NCBI GenBank assembly: GCA_963760795.1
Contig: CAVXEP010000025.1
Span: forward strand, 96,001 to 160,000
Length of the DNA: 64,000 nt
DNA from: an uncultured delta proteobacterium
GTDB taxonomy: Bacteria > Desulfobacterota > Binatia > UBA9968
Reading direction: 5' to 3'
Position 1 is the stretch's first letter, and every line of letters begins with the position of its first letter. The notes beneath the pieces were generated by a model, which did not search any database, was not told the DNA's origin, and worked only from the letters and a program-made list of their open reading frames with translations. The translations under genes were made by a program, and so were the position numbers. Positions 1 to 10,314 of this stretch are shown here, one piece after another.

Positions 1-957
1 GTTCTTGAACAGCGTGATCTGTTTCGCATCCGTGCGACCGGGAATCACGCCATTGAGCAGCGCGCCGAGTTCTCCGACGCGCTCCCAGGTTAAGAAACCC
101 GCCTGCACCGGATCGTAAAGATCGCCCTGTTCATCTTGAATCGCTTGCTCCAGTGAATTGACGACGATCACATCGCTGCGCCGAACTGTCGCATCGTCCA
201 ATTCGCGCCGCTTCGCCGCCGCGATGCCGGCTTTGACCAATCCGACATTACCACCCATGATCGAGGTCACATGGGTTCCTGGCTGCAACCAGTCGCCATC
301 GAACACCGCCACGTTGGAATTGGTCGCAGTCAACACGACATCCGAATCCACGACCGCATGCTTGGCGCTGGTCACGGGTTCCAACTCGCATGGAACAATT
401 TTTTCCATCATGCGGCAGAAATCGCTGCGCGTTTTATCTGTGCGGCAGAAAACTTTAACCCGCTTAAACTGTCGGACTTTGGAAAATGCAAATAAGTGAT
501 ACTTCGCCTCGCCGCCGGCGCCGAGAATGCCGAGAGTCGCCGAGTCAGTGCGCGCTAAAGAGCGAGTGCCCACCGCGCTCGTAGCAGCCGTGCGCATAGG
601 TGTCGGCCGCTCAGCCTCAATCTCGGCCACACCGATTCTGCCGACGATAACGCCCATGAGCGAAGCGTCTCTCACATCGAACAACACAGTTACCGGTCCG
701 CCCATGCTGTGGTAGGTCTGCACGTCTTTGGAGACCGCCACATGTTCGGCATGGGCGAGTACGCCAATTCCACCAAGACTGGGCACCCCGCCGGGATGAA
801 CGCTGACGCGGACACCTTCCGGCGTCGTAATGCGTCGGCGCGGGGCGTTCAGTTCCGGGCTCCTGCCAAACTCGCGGAACCCCGACTCCACCGCATCGAT
901 CGCCTCATCCATGGTCAACAAGCCGGTTACATCTTCCGCACGAATCAAAAAAGCCAT
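1..957 (-). CDS. Ornithine cyclodeaminase / mu-crystallin family protein (3' end runs off the window)
   Basis: Not in the ORF track; translated by hand from ATG at 957 (GGAGG RBS): MAFLIRAEDVTGLLTMDEAIDAVE...MRTAATSAVGT...LGILGAGGEA...DVVLTATNS...LQPGTHVTSI...RRELDD...GRTDAKQITLFKN, matching OCD/mu-crystallin motifs. Confidence 0.88.
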   Translation of the reverse strand, partial: MAFLIRAEDVTGLLTMDEAIDAVESGFREFGRSPELNAPRRRITTPEGVRVSVHPGGVPSLGGIGVLAHAEHVAVSKDVQTYHSMGGPVTVLFDVRDASLMGVIVGRIGVAEIEAERPTPMRTAATSAVGTRSLARTDSATLGILGAGGEAKYHLFAFSKVRQFKRVKVFCRTDKTRSDFCRMMEKIVPCELEPVTSAKHAVVDSDVVLTATNSNVAVFDGDWLQPGTHVTSIMGGNVGLVKAGIAAAKRRELDDATVRRSDVIVVNSLEQAIQDEQGDLYDPVQAGFLTWERVGELGALLNGVIPGRTDAKQITLFKN

Positions 958-1022
958 CGACCTACCTCCAAATAAACAAAGCCCAGTGTTACTACATCAT
1001 TTATTCCGTTGACAATCTTCCG

Positions 1023-1051
1023 TTGACAAGAAAACCACGGATGCTTATCGT
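1023..1051 (+). promoter_or_regulatory. Putative sigma70 promoter for the solute-binding protein gene
   Basis: TTGACA(1023-1028)-17 nt-TATCGT(1046-1051). Confidence 0.5.
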
Positions 1052-1083
1052 CGGCCTAGTTCTGAGCTCGGGGAGATTCAACA

Positions 1084-2109
1084 ATGATAATTTCACGCCA
1101 ACTATATCGATTACACACTACGCCAATGCTCGTCGTGCTTTATCTAGCGTTGCGCCTGCCTGCGGCAGCGCAATCGATCGATATCGAAGCTGGGAAAAAA
1201 GAAGGCAAAGTTATCGTTTATGCTGCCGTGCCACCGCAAACAATGAAAGTAGTCAACGATCCCTTTGAAAAAAAGTACGGCATCAAGGTTGAGTACTGGC
1301 GCGCGTCTGCGACCGGCATCTTAGATCGGGCACTCAACGAATGGCGCGTCGGCACAGCGCCCTTCGATGTCGTCGAGGGTAACAAAGGGCCCCAATACAT
1401 TCTCAAGTCAGAAGGAGTTTTCGCCAAGTATCAGCCACCCTCGGCGGCCAAGTATTCCAAGCAGTTTCTCGAGAACGACCAACTTCTGACACCTTGGCGG
1501 TTCAACCCGATCAGCATTCTTTTCAATACCGGCATGGTACGCAAAGAGGACATCCCTAAAAGTATTCAAGAGCTGCTGCTGCCGAAATGGAAAGGTAAGA
1601 TTACCATTCCCGATCCGGCTCGCCACACGACAACGGCGCAGTTTCTCGCCGATCTCGATAAGTATGACGGCATCAAATGGCGCGAGTTCGCCAAAAGTTT
1701 AGCGCAACAACAACCTTTCTTGGTCGAATCCTTTGCGCCCATCGTAAACACAGTCGTCAAAGGTGAGGCGGCGCTTGGACTGACCTACCTGAAATATGTC
1801 GGCCAGTATAAAGGCCCCATCGATTACGCCCGTTTGAACAAGTATCTGGCCGATGTGAATTATTTGGGTCTGAGCCGCAAGGCGCCTCACGCCAACGCCG
1901 GCCGGATGTACATCGAATACATCTGCTCACTCGAGGGACAAAAAGCGATGGCAGAAACCGCTGAATTTGTCCTTTACCCGCAAGTAGCGCCAGGCTTTGC
2001 CGGCGCCGACCAAGTGCCACAGCGAACCATCTTCATGGAAGAACCGACCGCGGAAGAGTTGAAAAAGCTGCGCGACGAAATGCGCCAGATCTTTCTCGAC
2101 AACAAATAA
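1084..2109 (+). CDS. ABC transporter extracellular solute-binding protein (AfuA/Fe3+/thiamine-like fold)
   Basis: 341 aa; signal-like N-terminus; AGKKEGKVIVY, FEKKYGIKVEYWR, LLPKWKGKI, APHANAGRMYIEYICSLEGQ. Confidence 0.85.
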   Translation: MIISRQLYRLHTTPMLVVLYLALRLPAAAQSIDIEAGKKEGKVIVYAAVPPQTMKVVNDPFEKKYGIKVEYWRASATGILDRALNEWRVGTAPFDVVEGNKGPQYILKSEGVFAKYQPPSAAKYSKQFLENDQLLTPWRFNPISILFNTGMVRKEDIPKSIQELLLPKWKGKITIPDPARHTTTAQFLADLDKYDGIKWREFAKSLAQQQPFLVESFAPIVNTVVKGEAALGLTYLKYVGQYKGPIDYARLNKYLADVNYLGLSRKAPHANAGRMYIEYICSLEGQKAMAETAEFVLYPQVAPGFAGADQVPQRTIFMEEPTAEELKKLRDEMRQIFLDNK

Positions 2110-2488
2110 TCACAAGGTCGGTAGTTTGATACAAGCGCACCTAGGCCCAGCTTGGCAATCTGAGTTTCGATCGCGCATACGGCCGTTCGAGTCGCAGCGA
2201 CCAGCTCGCGCGGGTGAGATATCCGTACCCTGAACATAGGTGTGAAAGCGGCGATCTACCCAACGACTCTATCGAGAGAGTCGGGTAAACAATGGGGACA
2301 AGTTTGTCCAAGAAACCGTCCTTCGCATCGGCGGTACTGATCTTGTCAACGGGCGGACATCGAAACGCAGAGCAATGGCGCGCTGAACGCAGAGGGCGGG
2401 CACGACGGATGCGAAGAGCGCTAACAAACGGCAAGGGGGATGCTCCTTAGCGGCACGCCGCTTAGGCGCAACGGTAGCGAGCCAATCG

Positions 2489-2980
2489 CTAAAACTCGCC
2501 GCGAAAAATACCGCGCTGGCCGCGCGCTTCTTCGACTCCGACTTCCATGGCGCGAATCTTCGCGCCATGGAATTTGGCTTTCACTTGGCGGCGAATCAGC
2601 TTGGCGACATGCTCGGCCAATAATTCGGTGCTAGTGTTGGCCAGCGGCAAGAGAATCACATCGCTCTTCGGCAATATAATCTTTTGCGCTTTGTATCGAA
2701 TTTCGAACTCCTTGGCGCGCCTGCGTACGTCAAGGTTCGGGCTATTGCTTTGAATCATCGTGCGGTGATCGAGGGAATCGCAGATGCGCTTGACCAGTGG
2801 CTTGAAGGTGATGAAGTCCAACACCACACCGGCGCGATCGAGTTCTCCTTCCATCTTCACCGACACCTGATAGTTGTGCCCATGCAGGGGTTCGCGCTGG
2901 CCGTTGGCGAAAATCAGAAAATGCGCCGAGGCGAAATTGAAATAATCTTTAGCGACTTCGATGGTGAAGGTGCGTGACAT
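2489..2980 (-). CDS. 6-pyruvoyl-tetrahydropterin synthase family protein (PTPS-III-type signature)
   Basis: From MSRTFTIEV (ATG 2980): FASAHF, EPLHGHNYQV, LDF, LDH, STELLAEH; Glu rather than Cys ahead of HGH. Confidence 0.88.
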   Translation of the reverse strand: MSRTFTIEVAKDYFNFASAHFLIFANGQREPLHGHNYQVSVKMEGELDRAGVVLDFITFKPLVKRICDSLDHRTMIQSNSPNLDVRRRAKEFEIRYKAQKIILPKSDVILLPLANTSTELLAEHVAKLIRRQVKAKFHGAKIRAMEVGVEEARGQRGIFRGEF

Positions 2981-3115
2981 GGCCGCGAAGTTAACCAAAA
3001 GCGGCCACCCTTTCAAGCTGCGTCACTGGCGCTTCACTGTGTGTCACGATGGATTGGTAAGAGCTGGCAAATTTTTACTTGCAACTCAGCAACGGAAGAG
3101 TTAGGTGAGAAGACC

Positions 3116-3874
3116 ATGTTGCTCCCGGATGCGCTGGGCGTGACGCGCGGCGAGATGGTTTCGCTGATCGGCGCCGGCGGTAAGACGACAACTCTTTTTC
3201 GCCTCGCCAAAGAACTGCGCGACCAAGGTTGCAAGGTTCTGGTCACGACAACCACGAAGTTTATTAAACCGGTTAAGCCGCATATCGACCGGTTATTTCT
3301 CGTCGACGATGTCCAAGCTCTGCTCGACGTCTGCGCCGACCTTGCCGCGCCAACGATCATCTGCGCCGGCTGCGGCGTGAACCAAGAAGGCAAACTGCTC
3401 GGCATGCCAACTCAATGGCTCGATCGGTTAAACCTAGACGGCGCATTCGACGCGATCTTGGTCGAAGCCGATGGCGCGGCGTCGCGCTTATTAAAAATCC
3501 CGGTGGACGGTGAACCGGTGATACCGGAGAGTTGCCAAAGCACTGTCTGGATCGTCGCGATCAAAATACTTGGCAAACCCATCACCGACGAATGGGTGCA
3601 TCGCTCGGCACGGGCGCGCGAACTGCTCGGCTTGCCGGACGAAGCGCGGGTCAGCGAAGAAATCCTTCTACAGTTGCTCCAGCATAAAGATGGCTGCCTC
3701 AAAGGGATTCCGCCGGCCAGCCGGAAACTAGCCTTGATCAATCAAGCCGATAGCGCGGCCGAAATGGCGGCAGCCCGAGTGCTCGGAGCAAAACTACAAA
3801 AGCTAAATTTTGATAGAGTTGTCATCACCAGCTACGCCAGCGCCGAACCGATCATCCGCGGCGTAACCGATTAA
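3116..3874 (+). CDS. yqeC: Selenium-dependent molybdenum hydroxylase accessory protein YqeC
   Basis: SLIGAGGKTTTLFRLAKEL, VLVTTTTK, ILVEADGAASRLLKIP..EPVIP, LINQAD; followed by a MocA-like gene. Confidence 0.85.
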   Translation: MLLPDALGVTRGEMVSLIGAGGKTTTLFRLAKELRDQGCKVLVTTTTKFIKPVKPHIDRLFLVDDVQALLDVCADLAAPTIICAGCGVNQEGKLLGMPTQWLDRLNLDGAFDAILVEADGAASRLLKIPVDGEPVIPESCQSTVWIVAIKILGKPITDEWVHRSARARELLGLPDEARVSEEILLQLLQHKDGCLKGIPPASRKLALINQADSAAEMAAARVLGAKLQKLNFDRVVITSYASAEPIIRGVTD

Positions 3875-3895
3875 AACTAACTTTGACAAGCTAAC

Positions 3896-4483
3896 ATGAT
3901 TTCCGCTGTGATACTGGCGGCCGGCCGCGGCGAACGAATGGGGGAGCCGAAACTGTTCTTACCCCTCGGCGGCAAACCGGTGCTGCAATGGGTTTTGGAA
4001 AGCGCCCTCGCCGCCGATCTCGACGAGGTGATCTGCGTTAGCCGCGAGTTGGAATCGGCCAGGCGCCAGATCGATATCGTCGACGAACGATTGTTCTGGC
4101 TGCGCAACTACGCCGCCGACCGCGGTCAGAGTACCTCCGTGATCGCCGGACTGTGGGCGGCCAATGCCGCCTGCGATGGCGTGATGTTCTTATGCGGCGA
4201 CCAGCCGTTGGTACGGCCGGAGCTTATCGACGCGCTGATCGAAAAATTTGACGATACTTCGGCATGGATCGTCGCACCCAGTTTCAAGGGCGAAGTTCGC
4301 AACCCAATCTTGTTCCATCGCAAGCTGTTTCCCGAATTGCTCCAACTCACCGGCGACCGCGGCGGCCGGTTCCTCCTCGACAAGCACAAACGCAAGACCG
4401 TCTTAGTGGACTGGCCGGAGGAATTGTCATTTCTCGATATCGACGTCCGCGAAGATTACGAGCGGCTCAAGCAACTGGCTTAG
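3896..4483 (+). CDS. mocA: Molybdenum cofactor cytidylyltransferase (MocA/YgfJ family)
   Basis: VILAAGRGERMGEPKLFLP, GQSTSV, LCGDQP, RNPILF, LTGDRGGR, DIDVREDY. Confidence 0.85.
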   Translation: MISAVILAAGRGERMGEPKLFLPLGGKPVLQWVLESALAADLDEVICVSRELESARRQIDIVDERLFWLRNYAADRGQSTSVIAGLWAANAACDGVMFLCGDQPLVRPELIDALIEKFDDTSAWIVAPSFKGEVRNPILFHRKLFPELLQLTGDRGGRFLLDKHKRKTVLVDWPEELSFLDIDVREDYERLKQLA

Positions 4484-5583
4484 TCGCCGAGGTCTTGGCC
4501 CACCGCTTCCGAGATATGTTTGAGGCCATCCCGTTGGAGCAAACGCAGCAAGCCTTTGTTGATGCGCTTCACCGCCCCCGGCCCTTCGTAGATCCAGCCG
4601 GTATAAATCTGCACCGCATTGGCGCCGGCCTTGATCTTCTCGTAGGCATCGTAGGCGTCAAAGATGCCGCCGACACCGATAATCGGCAGCCGCCCGCGGG
4701 TGGTTCGATAGATATGCGAAATAAATTGCGTCACCATGGCCGTGATCGGCCGGCCGCTCAAACCGCCGGGCTCGGCGCCGTTGGGCGATTTCAGTCCCTC
4801 GCGTTTGAACGCCGTCGCGTTGGCGGCGACGATGCCGGTGAGCTTCACCTGCTCGACGACATCGATGATCTCGTCGACTTGGGCAAACTCCATATCCGGG
4901 GCGATTTTGACGAAAACCGCTTTCGGTTCAATCTTCGCCCGCGCCGCCAGTTGCATATTTTTCTGCTGCACCGCCGAGAGCAGTTCGCGCAACAGACTTT
5001 TTTCCTGCAAGTCGCGCAGGTTGGGCGTATTCGGCGAGCTTACGTTGAGCGTAAAGAAGTCGCCCTGCGCAAATAATTTCTCAAAGCAGGAAAGAAAATC
5101 CGCCACTGCATCTTTGGTCTCGACAATCTTGGTGCGGCCGATGTTCATGCCGAGGGGAATCTTCGGCCGCCCGCCGCGCGCGCGCAAGCGGTCGAGCTTG
5201 ATGGCGATCGCTTCGGCGCCTTCATTATTGAATCCCAAGCGATTAATTAAAGCTTCGTCTTTCGGCAATCGGTAAAGCCGCGGCTTGGGGTTACCGGGCT
5301 GAGCCTGGGCGGTGATCGCGCCCACTTCCATGAAGCCGAAACCGAAGGCGGATAGCATCTTGGGCGCCAGAGCGTTCTTGTCGAAACCGCCGGCGAGTCC
5401 CACCGGGTTGGCAAAAGTCAGCGGGCCGATCTTGACGACTAGCCGCTGGTCTTCGACTTTATAAAAATCTTCGATGGTACCGTAAAGCCACTCGTTGCCG
5501 GCGAGCATGTGCAAGACCGCCTCGTGGCTAATCTCGGGATCTTTACGAAATAAGATTGGCCGAATCAGCGATTTATAAAACAT
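4480..5583 (-). CDS. pyrD: Quinone-dependent dihydroorotate dehydrogenase (class 2)
   Basis: DPEISHE, NPVGLAGGFDKN, GNPKPRLYRL, INRLGFNNEG, NVSSPNTPNLRDLQ, KIAPD, GGLSG. Confidence 0.96.
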   Translation of the reverse strand: MFYKSLIRPILFRKDPEISHEAVLHMLAGNEWLYGTIEDFYKVEDQRLVVKIGPLTFANPVGLAGGFDKNALAPKMLSAFGFGFMEVGAITAQAQPGNPKPRLYRLPKDEALINRLGFNNEGAEAIAIKLDRLRARGGRPKIPLGMNIGRTKIVETKDAVADFLSCFEKLFAQGDFFTLNVSSPNTPNLRDLQEKSLLRELLSAVQQKNMQLAARAKIEPKAVFVKIAPDMEFAQVDEIIDVVEQVKLTGIVAANATAFKREGLKSPNGAEPGGLSGRPITAMVTQFISHIYRTTRGRLPIIGVGGIFDAYDAYEKIKAGANAVQIYTGWIYEGPGAVKRINKGLLRLLQRDGLKHISEAVGQDLGD

Positions 5584-5657
5584 GGACACCTGAACGATGT
5601 ATCGGAAAACTTTTATTACTTCCAGAGACTGCGCGAAGCGACTTTCGTGTCGCGGGC

Positions 5658-5694
5658 AAAAAAAGACAGGGAGAGTGCGAACGCTCCCCCTGTC
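5658..5694 (-). terminator. Intrinsic terminator after the NIPSNAP gene
   Basis: Minus strand GACAGGGGGAGCG-TT-CGCACTCTCCCTGTC followed by T7. Confidence 0.7.
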
Positions 5695-5753
5695 GTATGA
5701 CCGTGCCTCGCCTCAACGTGGCACTCACCGCAATTTACGAATTGACTCTCAGT

Positions 5754-6371
5754 TTATTTAAACGGTGCACAGGGCGCCGGAGTCATAATGGTATTTTCCT
5801 GCATCACCAGCAGCTCCCTGGTAGGCGGCGGCCAACCTTCAACGGTTTTCGACGCTTCGGCGCGCAGACGCTCGCGCTCGCCGGCGTCTTTGTAGGCCCA
5901 AACATGAATATATTGGTTCAGCGGCCCGATGATCGTCTGCCCGGCAAAAACTAGCGGCGATACTTTGGTGCGAGCGCCGATTACCTTGCTCCAGCGTTCA
6001 AAGACCGTCGGCATGGCGCCGGGTTGATAAGTGTAGGTGCGGAACTCATATAGCTCGCCGAGCTTTTTTTCCGGCAGCGGCGGCGAGTACGGCGCCAACT
6101 GGACGATCTTGTTTTCTTGCGTGACAATGAACTCTTGCGTCTTGGGCGGCCATTTGCCAGTCTTGCGCGCTTCGCCGCCGATGCGCTCGCGGTCTTCGAA
6201 GCTCTCGTAAGGCCAGACATGAGTCACCCTGTTCAGACCGCCCACTTCCGAGCAGAATAGTCCAAGCAGCTTGGAAAATTGCAGCCGCGCCGTTAGTCCC
6301 TCGGCGAAGCGTTCGACAAAGTTATTCGTCATCCCTGGTTTCAACACATAAGTTCTCATCTCAAGAAACAT
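5754..6371 (-). CDS. NIPSNAP family protein (two domains)
   Basis: Duplicated E.RTY..(K/Q)PG / LN...H.W.Y....RE..R / WPP motifs. Confidence 0.9.
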   Translation of the reverse strand: MFLEMRTYVLKPGMTNNFVERFAEGLTARLQFSKLLGLFCSEVGGLNRVTHVWPYESFEDRERIGGEARKTGKWPPKTQEFIVTQENKIVQLAPYSPPLPEKKLGELYEFRTYTYQPGAMPTVFERWSKVIGARTKVSPLVFAGQTIIGPLNQYIHVWAYKDAGERERLRAEASKTVEGWPPPTRELLVMQENTIMTPAPCAPFK

Positions 6372-6479
6372 AGCGCCACCTCCAATAATTAGTCCCTATT
6401 CTTTCCCACAAATGGTGGAAGTATTGCAACCGTCGCGTCGGCCGTTTTCATGGCATCACGAATCTGCTAAGAGGCTTAA

Positions 6480-7658
<1,179 letters not shown>

Positions 7659-7783
7659 TCCCATCACGGCTTGCGTAAGCACAAAATGTTGGGGTTGGGG
7701 CGCCACCGCGATAGTAAATCCAGCGACGCCGATTGGCGGCCGTCAAGCGATCGTTTCCCAGGAGAATTTGCCGGGAAAATGGC

Positions 7784-7812
7784 TTGCAGTTTGAAAAATT
7801 TCTCACTATAAG
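7784..7812 (+). promoter_or_regulatory. Putative sigma70 promoter of the coxS-M-G-like operon
   Basis: TTGCAG-17 nt-TATAGA about 70 nt upstream of the ATG. Confidence 0.45.
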
Positions 7813-7881
7813 AAGGCCCTAGTGGTTTTTTCCAGCCTGTGCTGAAAACTCCGCGCGACAGACTCTGAGAAAGGAACAGCG

Positions 7882-8349
7882 ATGAATAAGAAGATCAAAT
7901 TTCGCGTTAACGGCAAACGACATGAGGTTGAGGTCCCGACCAATCGAATGTTAATCGACTGTCTGCGTTACGATCTCGGGATGACCGGCACCAAGGAAGG
8001 TTGCAGCGTCGGCGTCTGCGGCGCCTGCACCGTGCTGATGGACGGCGACATGATCAGCTCCTGCCTAACTTTAGCAGTTATGGCGGACGGCCATGAACTC
8101 ACCACGGTTGAGGGTCTGGCAAAAAATGGCGAGCTCAACCCGGTGCAAAAGAGTTTCATCCAATATGGCGGTTTTCAATGCGGCATCTGCACCCCCGGCC
8201 AGGTGGTCGCGGCGACGGCTTTATTGAAAGAAAACCCCAAACCCAACGAAGACGAAATCAAAGACTGGATGATGGGCAACCTGTGCCGCTGCACCGGTTA
8301 TTACAAGATCATCGAATCGATCCAGAAAGCGCATCAATTCGCGAAATAA
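7882..8349 (+). CDS. Molybdenum hydroxylase small (2Fe-2S) subunit, CoxS/CutS/XdhC family
   Basis: GTKEGCSVGVCGACTV, SSCL, QCGICTPG, GNLCRCTGY. Confidence 0.93.
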   Translation: MNKKIKFRVNGKRHEVEVPTNRMLIDCLRYDLGMTGTKEGCSVGVCGACTVLMDGDMISSCLTLAVMADGHELTTVEGLAKNGELNPVQKSFIQYGGFQCGICTPGQVVAATALLKENPKPNEDEIKDWMMGNLCRCTGYYKIIESIQKAHQFAK

Positions 8350-8362
8350 TAAGGACACAGCC

Positions 8363-9304
8363 ATGATACCTTTTGAATATCGCACCCCGAAGAGTCTCAA
8401 AGAAGTCCATGCGACACTAAAAGAGTTTGGCAGCGACGCCAAGTTGCTCGCCGGCGGCACCGCCTTGGTGATCATGATGAAACAGCGCTTGGTCCGGCCC
8501 ACCTGCCTGGTCAGCCTGAGCTCGGTGCGCGGCTTGAACGGCATCGAAATAAAAGACGGCGGCTTGTCGATCGGCGGGCTGGCCTCCCATAGAGCAGTGG
8601 AAAGCTCGTCGCTAGTGCGCCGGCGCTTGCCGATGTTGGCCGAGACTTACCACCATGTCGCCACCCTGCGCATACGCAACATGGCCACCGTCGGCGGCGG
8701 CTTGGCCCATGCCGATCCCAACCAGGATCCCCCGCCCAGCCTGATCGCGCTTGGCGCCACAGTGAAAGCGACCTCGCCGTCCGGCAGCCGAGTGATTCCC
8801 CTCGACGAATTTTTCAAAGATTATTATGAGACCCTGCTCAATCCCGATGAGATCATTACCGAAGTGATGGTGCCGAAACAGGCGCCCAACACCGGCGCGG
8901 CCTATATTAAATTTTTGCCGCGCACGGCGGATGATTATGCCACCGTCTCGGCGGCGGCAGTGCTGACCCTCGACAAGACGATGAAAACCATCGCCGATGT
9001 GCGCATCGCGCTGGGTAGCGTCGGCGTGACGCCGATCCGGGCCACCGCAGCCGAAGCGGTGCTGCGCGGCCAACCGTTGAAGGCCGAAGCTTTTGCTGAA
9101 GCGGGAGAGAAGGCTAAACAAGCCGTCGACCCGGTCAGCGACTTCCGCGGCTCGGCAGCCTACAAGACCGATATGGCAGCGGTATTCGTCCGGCGCGCTC
9201 TGGAAAAAGCGCTCGCCGACATTCGCCAGCAGGCCAAAGCCAAAGCGGCACCGAAGCCGAAGCCGGCAACAAAGAAGGCCGTCAAGAAAGGTAAAAAACG
9301 TTGA
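8363..9304 (+). CDS. Molybdenum hydroxylase FAD-binding medium subunit, CoxM/CutM family
   Basis: AKLLAGGTAL, IRNMATVGGGLAHADP, DFRGSAAYK; Lys/Ala/Pro-rich C-terminal tail. Confidence 0.93.
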   Translation: MIPFEYRTPKSLKEVHATLKEFGSDAKLLAGGTALVIMMKQRLVRPTCLVSLSSVRGLNGIEIKDGGLSIGGLASHRAVESSSLVRRRLPMLAETYHHVATLRIRNMATVGGGLAHADPNQDPPPSLIALGATVKATSPSGSRVIPLDEFFKDYYETLLNPDEIITEVMVPKQAPNTGAAYIKFLPRTADDYATVSAAAVLTLDKTMKTIADVRIALGSVGVTPIRATAAEAVLRGQPLKAEAFAEAGEKAKQAVDPVSDFRGSAAYKTDMAAVFVRRALEKALADIRQQAKAKAAPKPKPATKKAVKKGKKR

Positions 9305-9753
9305 AATTTTCCCAGACAGCCCAGATCCCCGTGGCCCGTGAACCGCTTTGGGAATTCTTGATGGATGTGCCCAAGGTAGCCAAGTCGCTGCCTGGGGTCG
9401 ATTCGGTCAGCAAGATCGACGATACAACCTATGAAGGCGCGCTGACCGTGCGCGTCGGCCCGATCAAGTTGAACCTGCAAGGCAAGATTATCCTTGAAGA
9501 GCAAAACAAAACTGATTGGCGCGCCGCGCTACGTGCTGAAGCGAAAGACCGCATGGCAGCGGGCGCGGTTAACGGCAAAACCATCATGAACTTGAAAGAG
9601 ATCAGCGCTAATATGACCGAGCTGATCGTCGAAACCGACGTGAATATTCTCGGCAAGATCGGCGAGTTCGGCCAACCGATCATCCGCAAGAAAGCCGACG
9701 CGATGCTCAAAGAGTTCGTCGAGAATATCAAGAAACAATTAAGTGGGAAGTAA
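9301..9753 (+). CDS. CoxG/SRPBCC family protein
   Basis: LWEFLMDVPKVAKSLPG, VRVGPI, GKIGEFGQPII.KKAD; overlaps coxM stop by 4 nt. Confidence 0.85.
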   Translation: MKFSQTAQIPVAREPLWEFLMDVPKVAKSLPGVDSVSKIDDTTYEGALTVRVGPIKLNLQGKIILEEQNKTDWRAALRAEAKDRMAAGAVNGKTIMNLKEISANMTELIVETDVNILGKIGEFGQPIIRKKADAMLKEFVENIKKQLSGK

Positions 9754-10254
9754 CGGCTCGCCGCCCGCTTCGGTCTCTTCATCCTGATCTAAACTAGTTT
9801 CCGTCACCCGGCCGAGGACTCGATCGTAGCAGTCCTCGGCCAGTGTTTTGCGTCCCGCCGAATTATCCCGATAGCGAAAACATTCGACCTTGGGCTGGAT
9901 CGCTATCAGAACCTCGATGCCGCGCAGTTCTAACAGCTTCCAGAACTGCGAGGTGAAATTTAGTTCGCCATACCAAAGCAAATCGCGATTGGCCGGGCTA
10001 ACCGGCACATCATCTATCGATTTATACCCGATGGACGCGCCGCATCATGCGATAGGTGCCGACCACATCACTGCTTTTAATGTCACGGACGATCAAGTGG
10101 TTGCAAAACGGATCGAATTCATCGACATCCAAACCGGTTTCATAGGAACTCAGCAGCCCCTTGTTGAGTTCCAGGTTGAATACTTGGAAACGCAAGCGCT
10201 GCGCTTCGACTATATCGCGTGGTCGGTGGCGATTTTCACTTCAAAGTCAGCCAT
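9739..10254 (-). pseudogene. Chimeric relic: N-terminus of an OlsB-like GNAT N-acyltransferase joined to the C-terminus of an OlsA/PlsC-like acyltransferase
   Basis: ATG 10254 MADFEVKIATD, frameshift, IVEAQRLRFQVFNLELNKGL...GLDVDEFDPFCNHLIVRD...VVGTYRMM; from ~10038 another frame reads SIGYKSIDDVPVSPANRDLLWYGELNFTSQFWKLLELRGIEV...RKTLAEDCYDRV. Confidence 0.7.
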
Positions 10255-10314
10255 TCGCAGGGGATCCTAACATGTGGCCGGTCATCTGAAAATCAATGCG
10301 CCGCACTCCGATCT

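Noticed and set aside
7882-9753. Aerobic CO dehydrogenase
   Set aside because: No large subunit is present, so the form I AYxCSFR motif cannot be checked; S/M/G subunits are shared across many Mo-hydroxylases.
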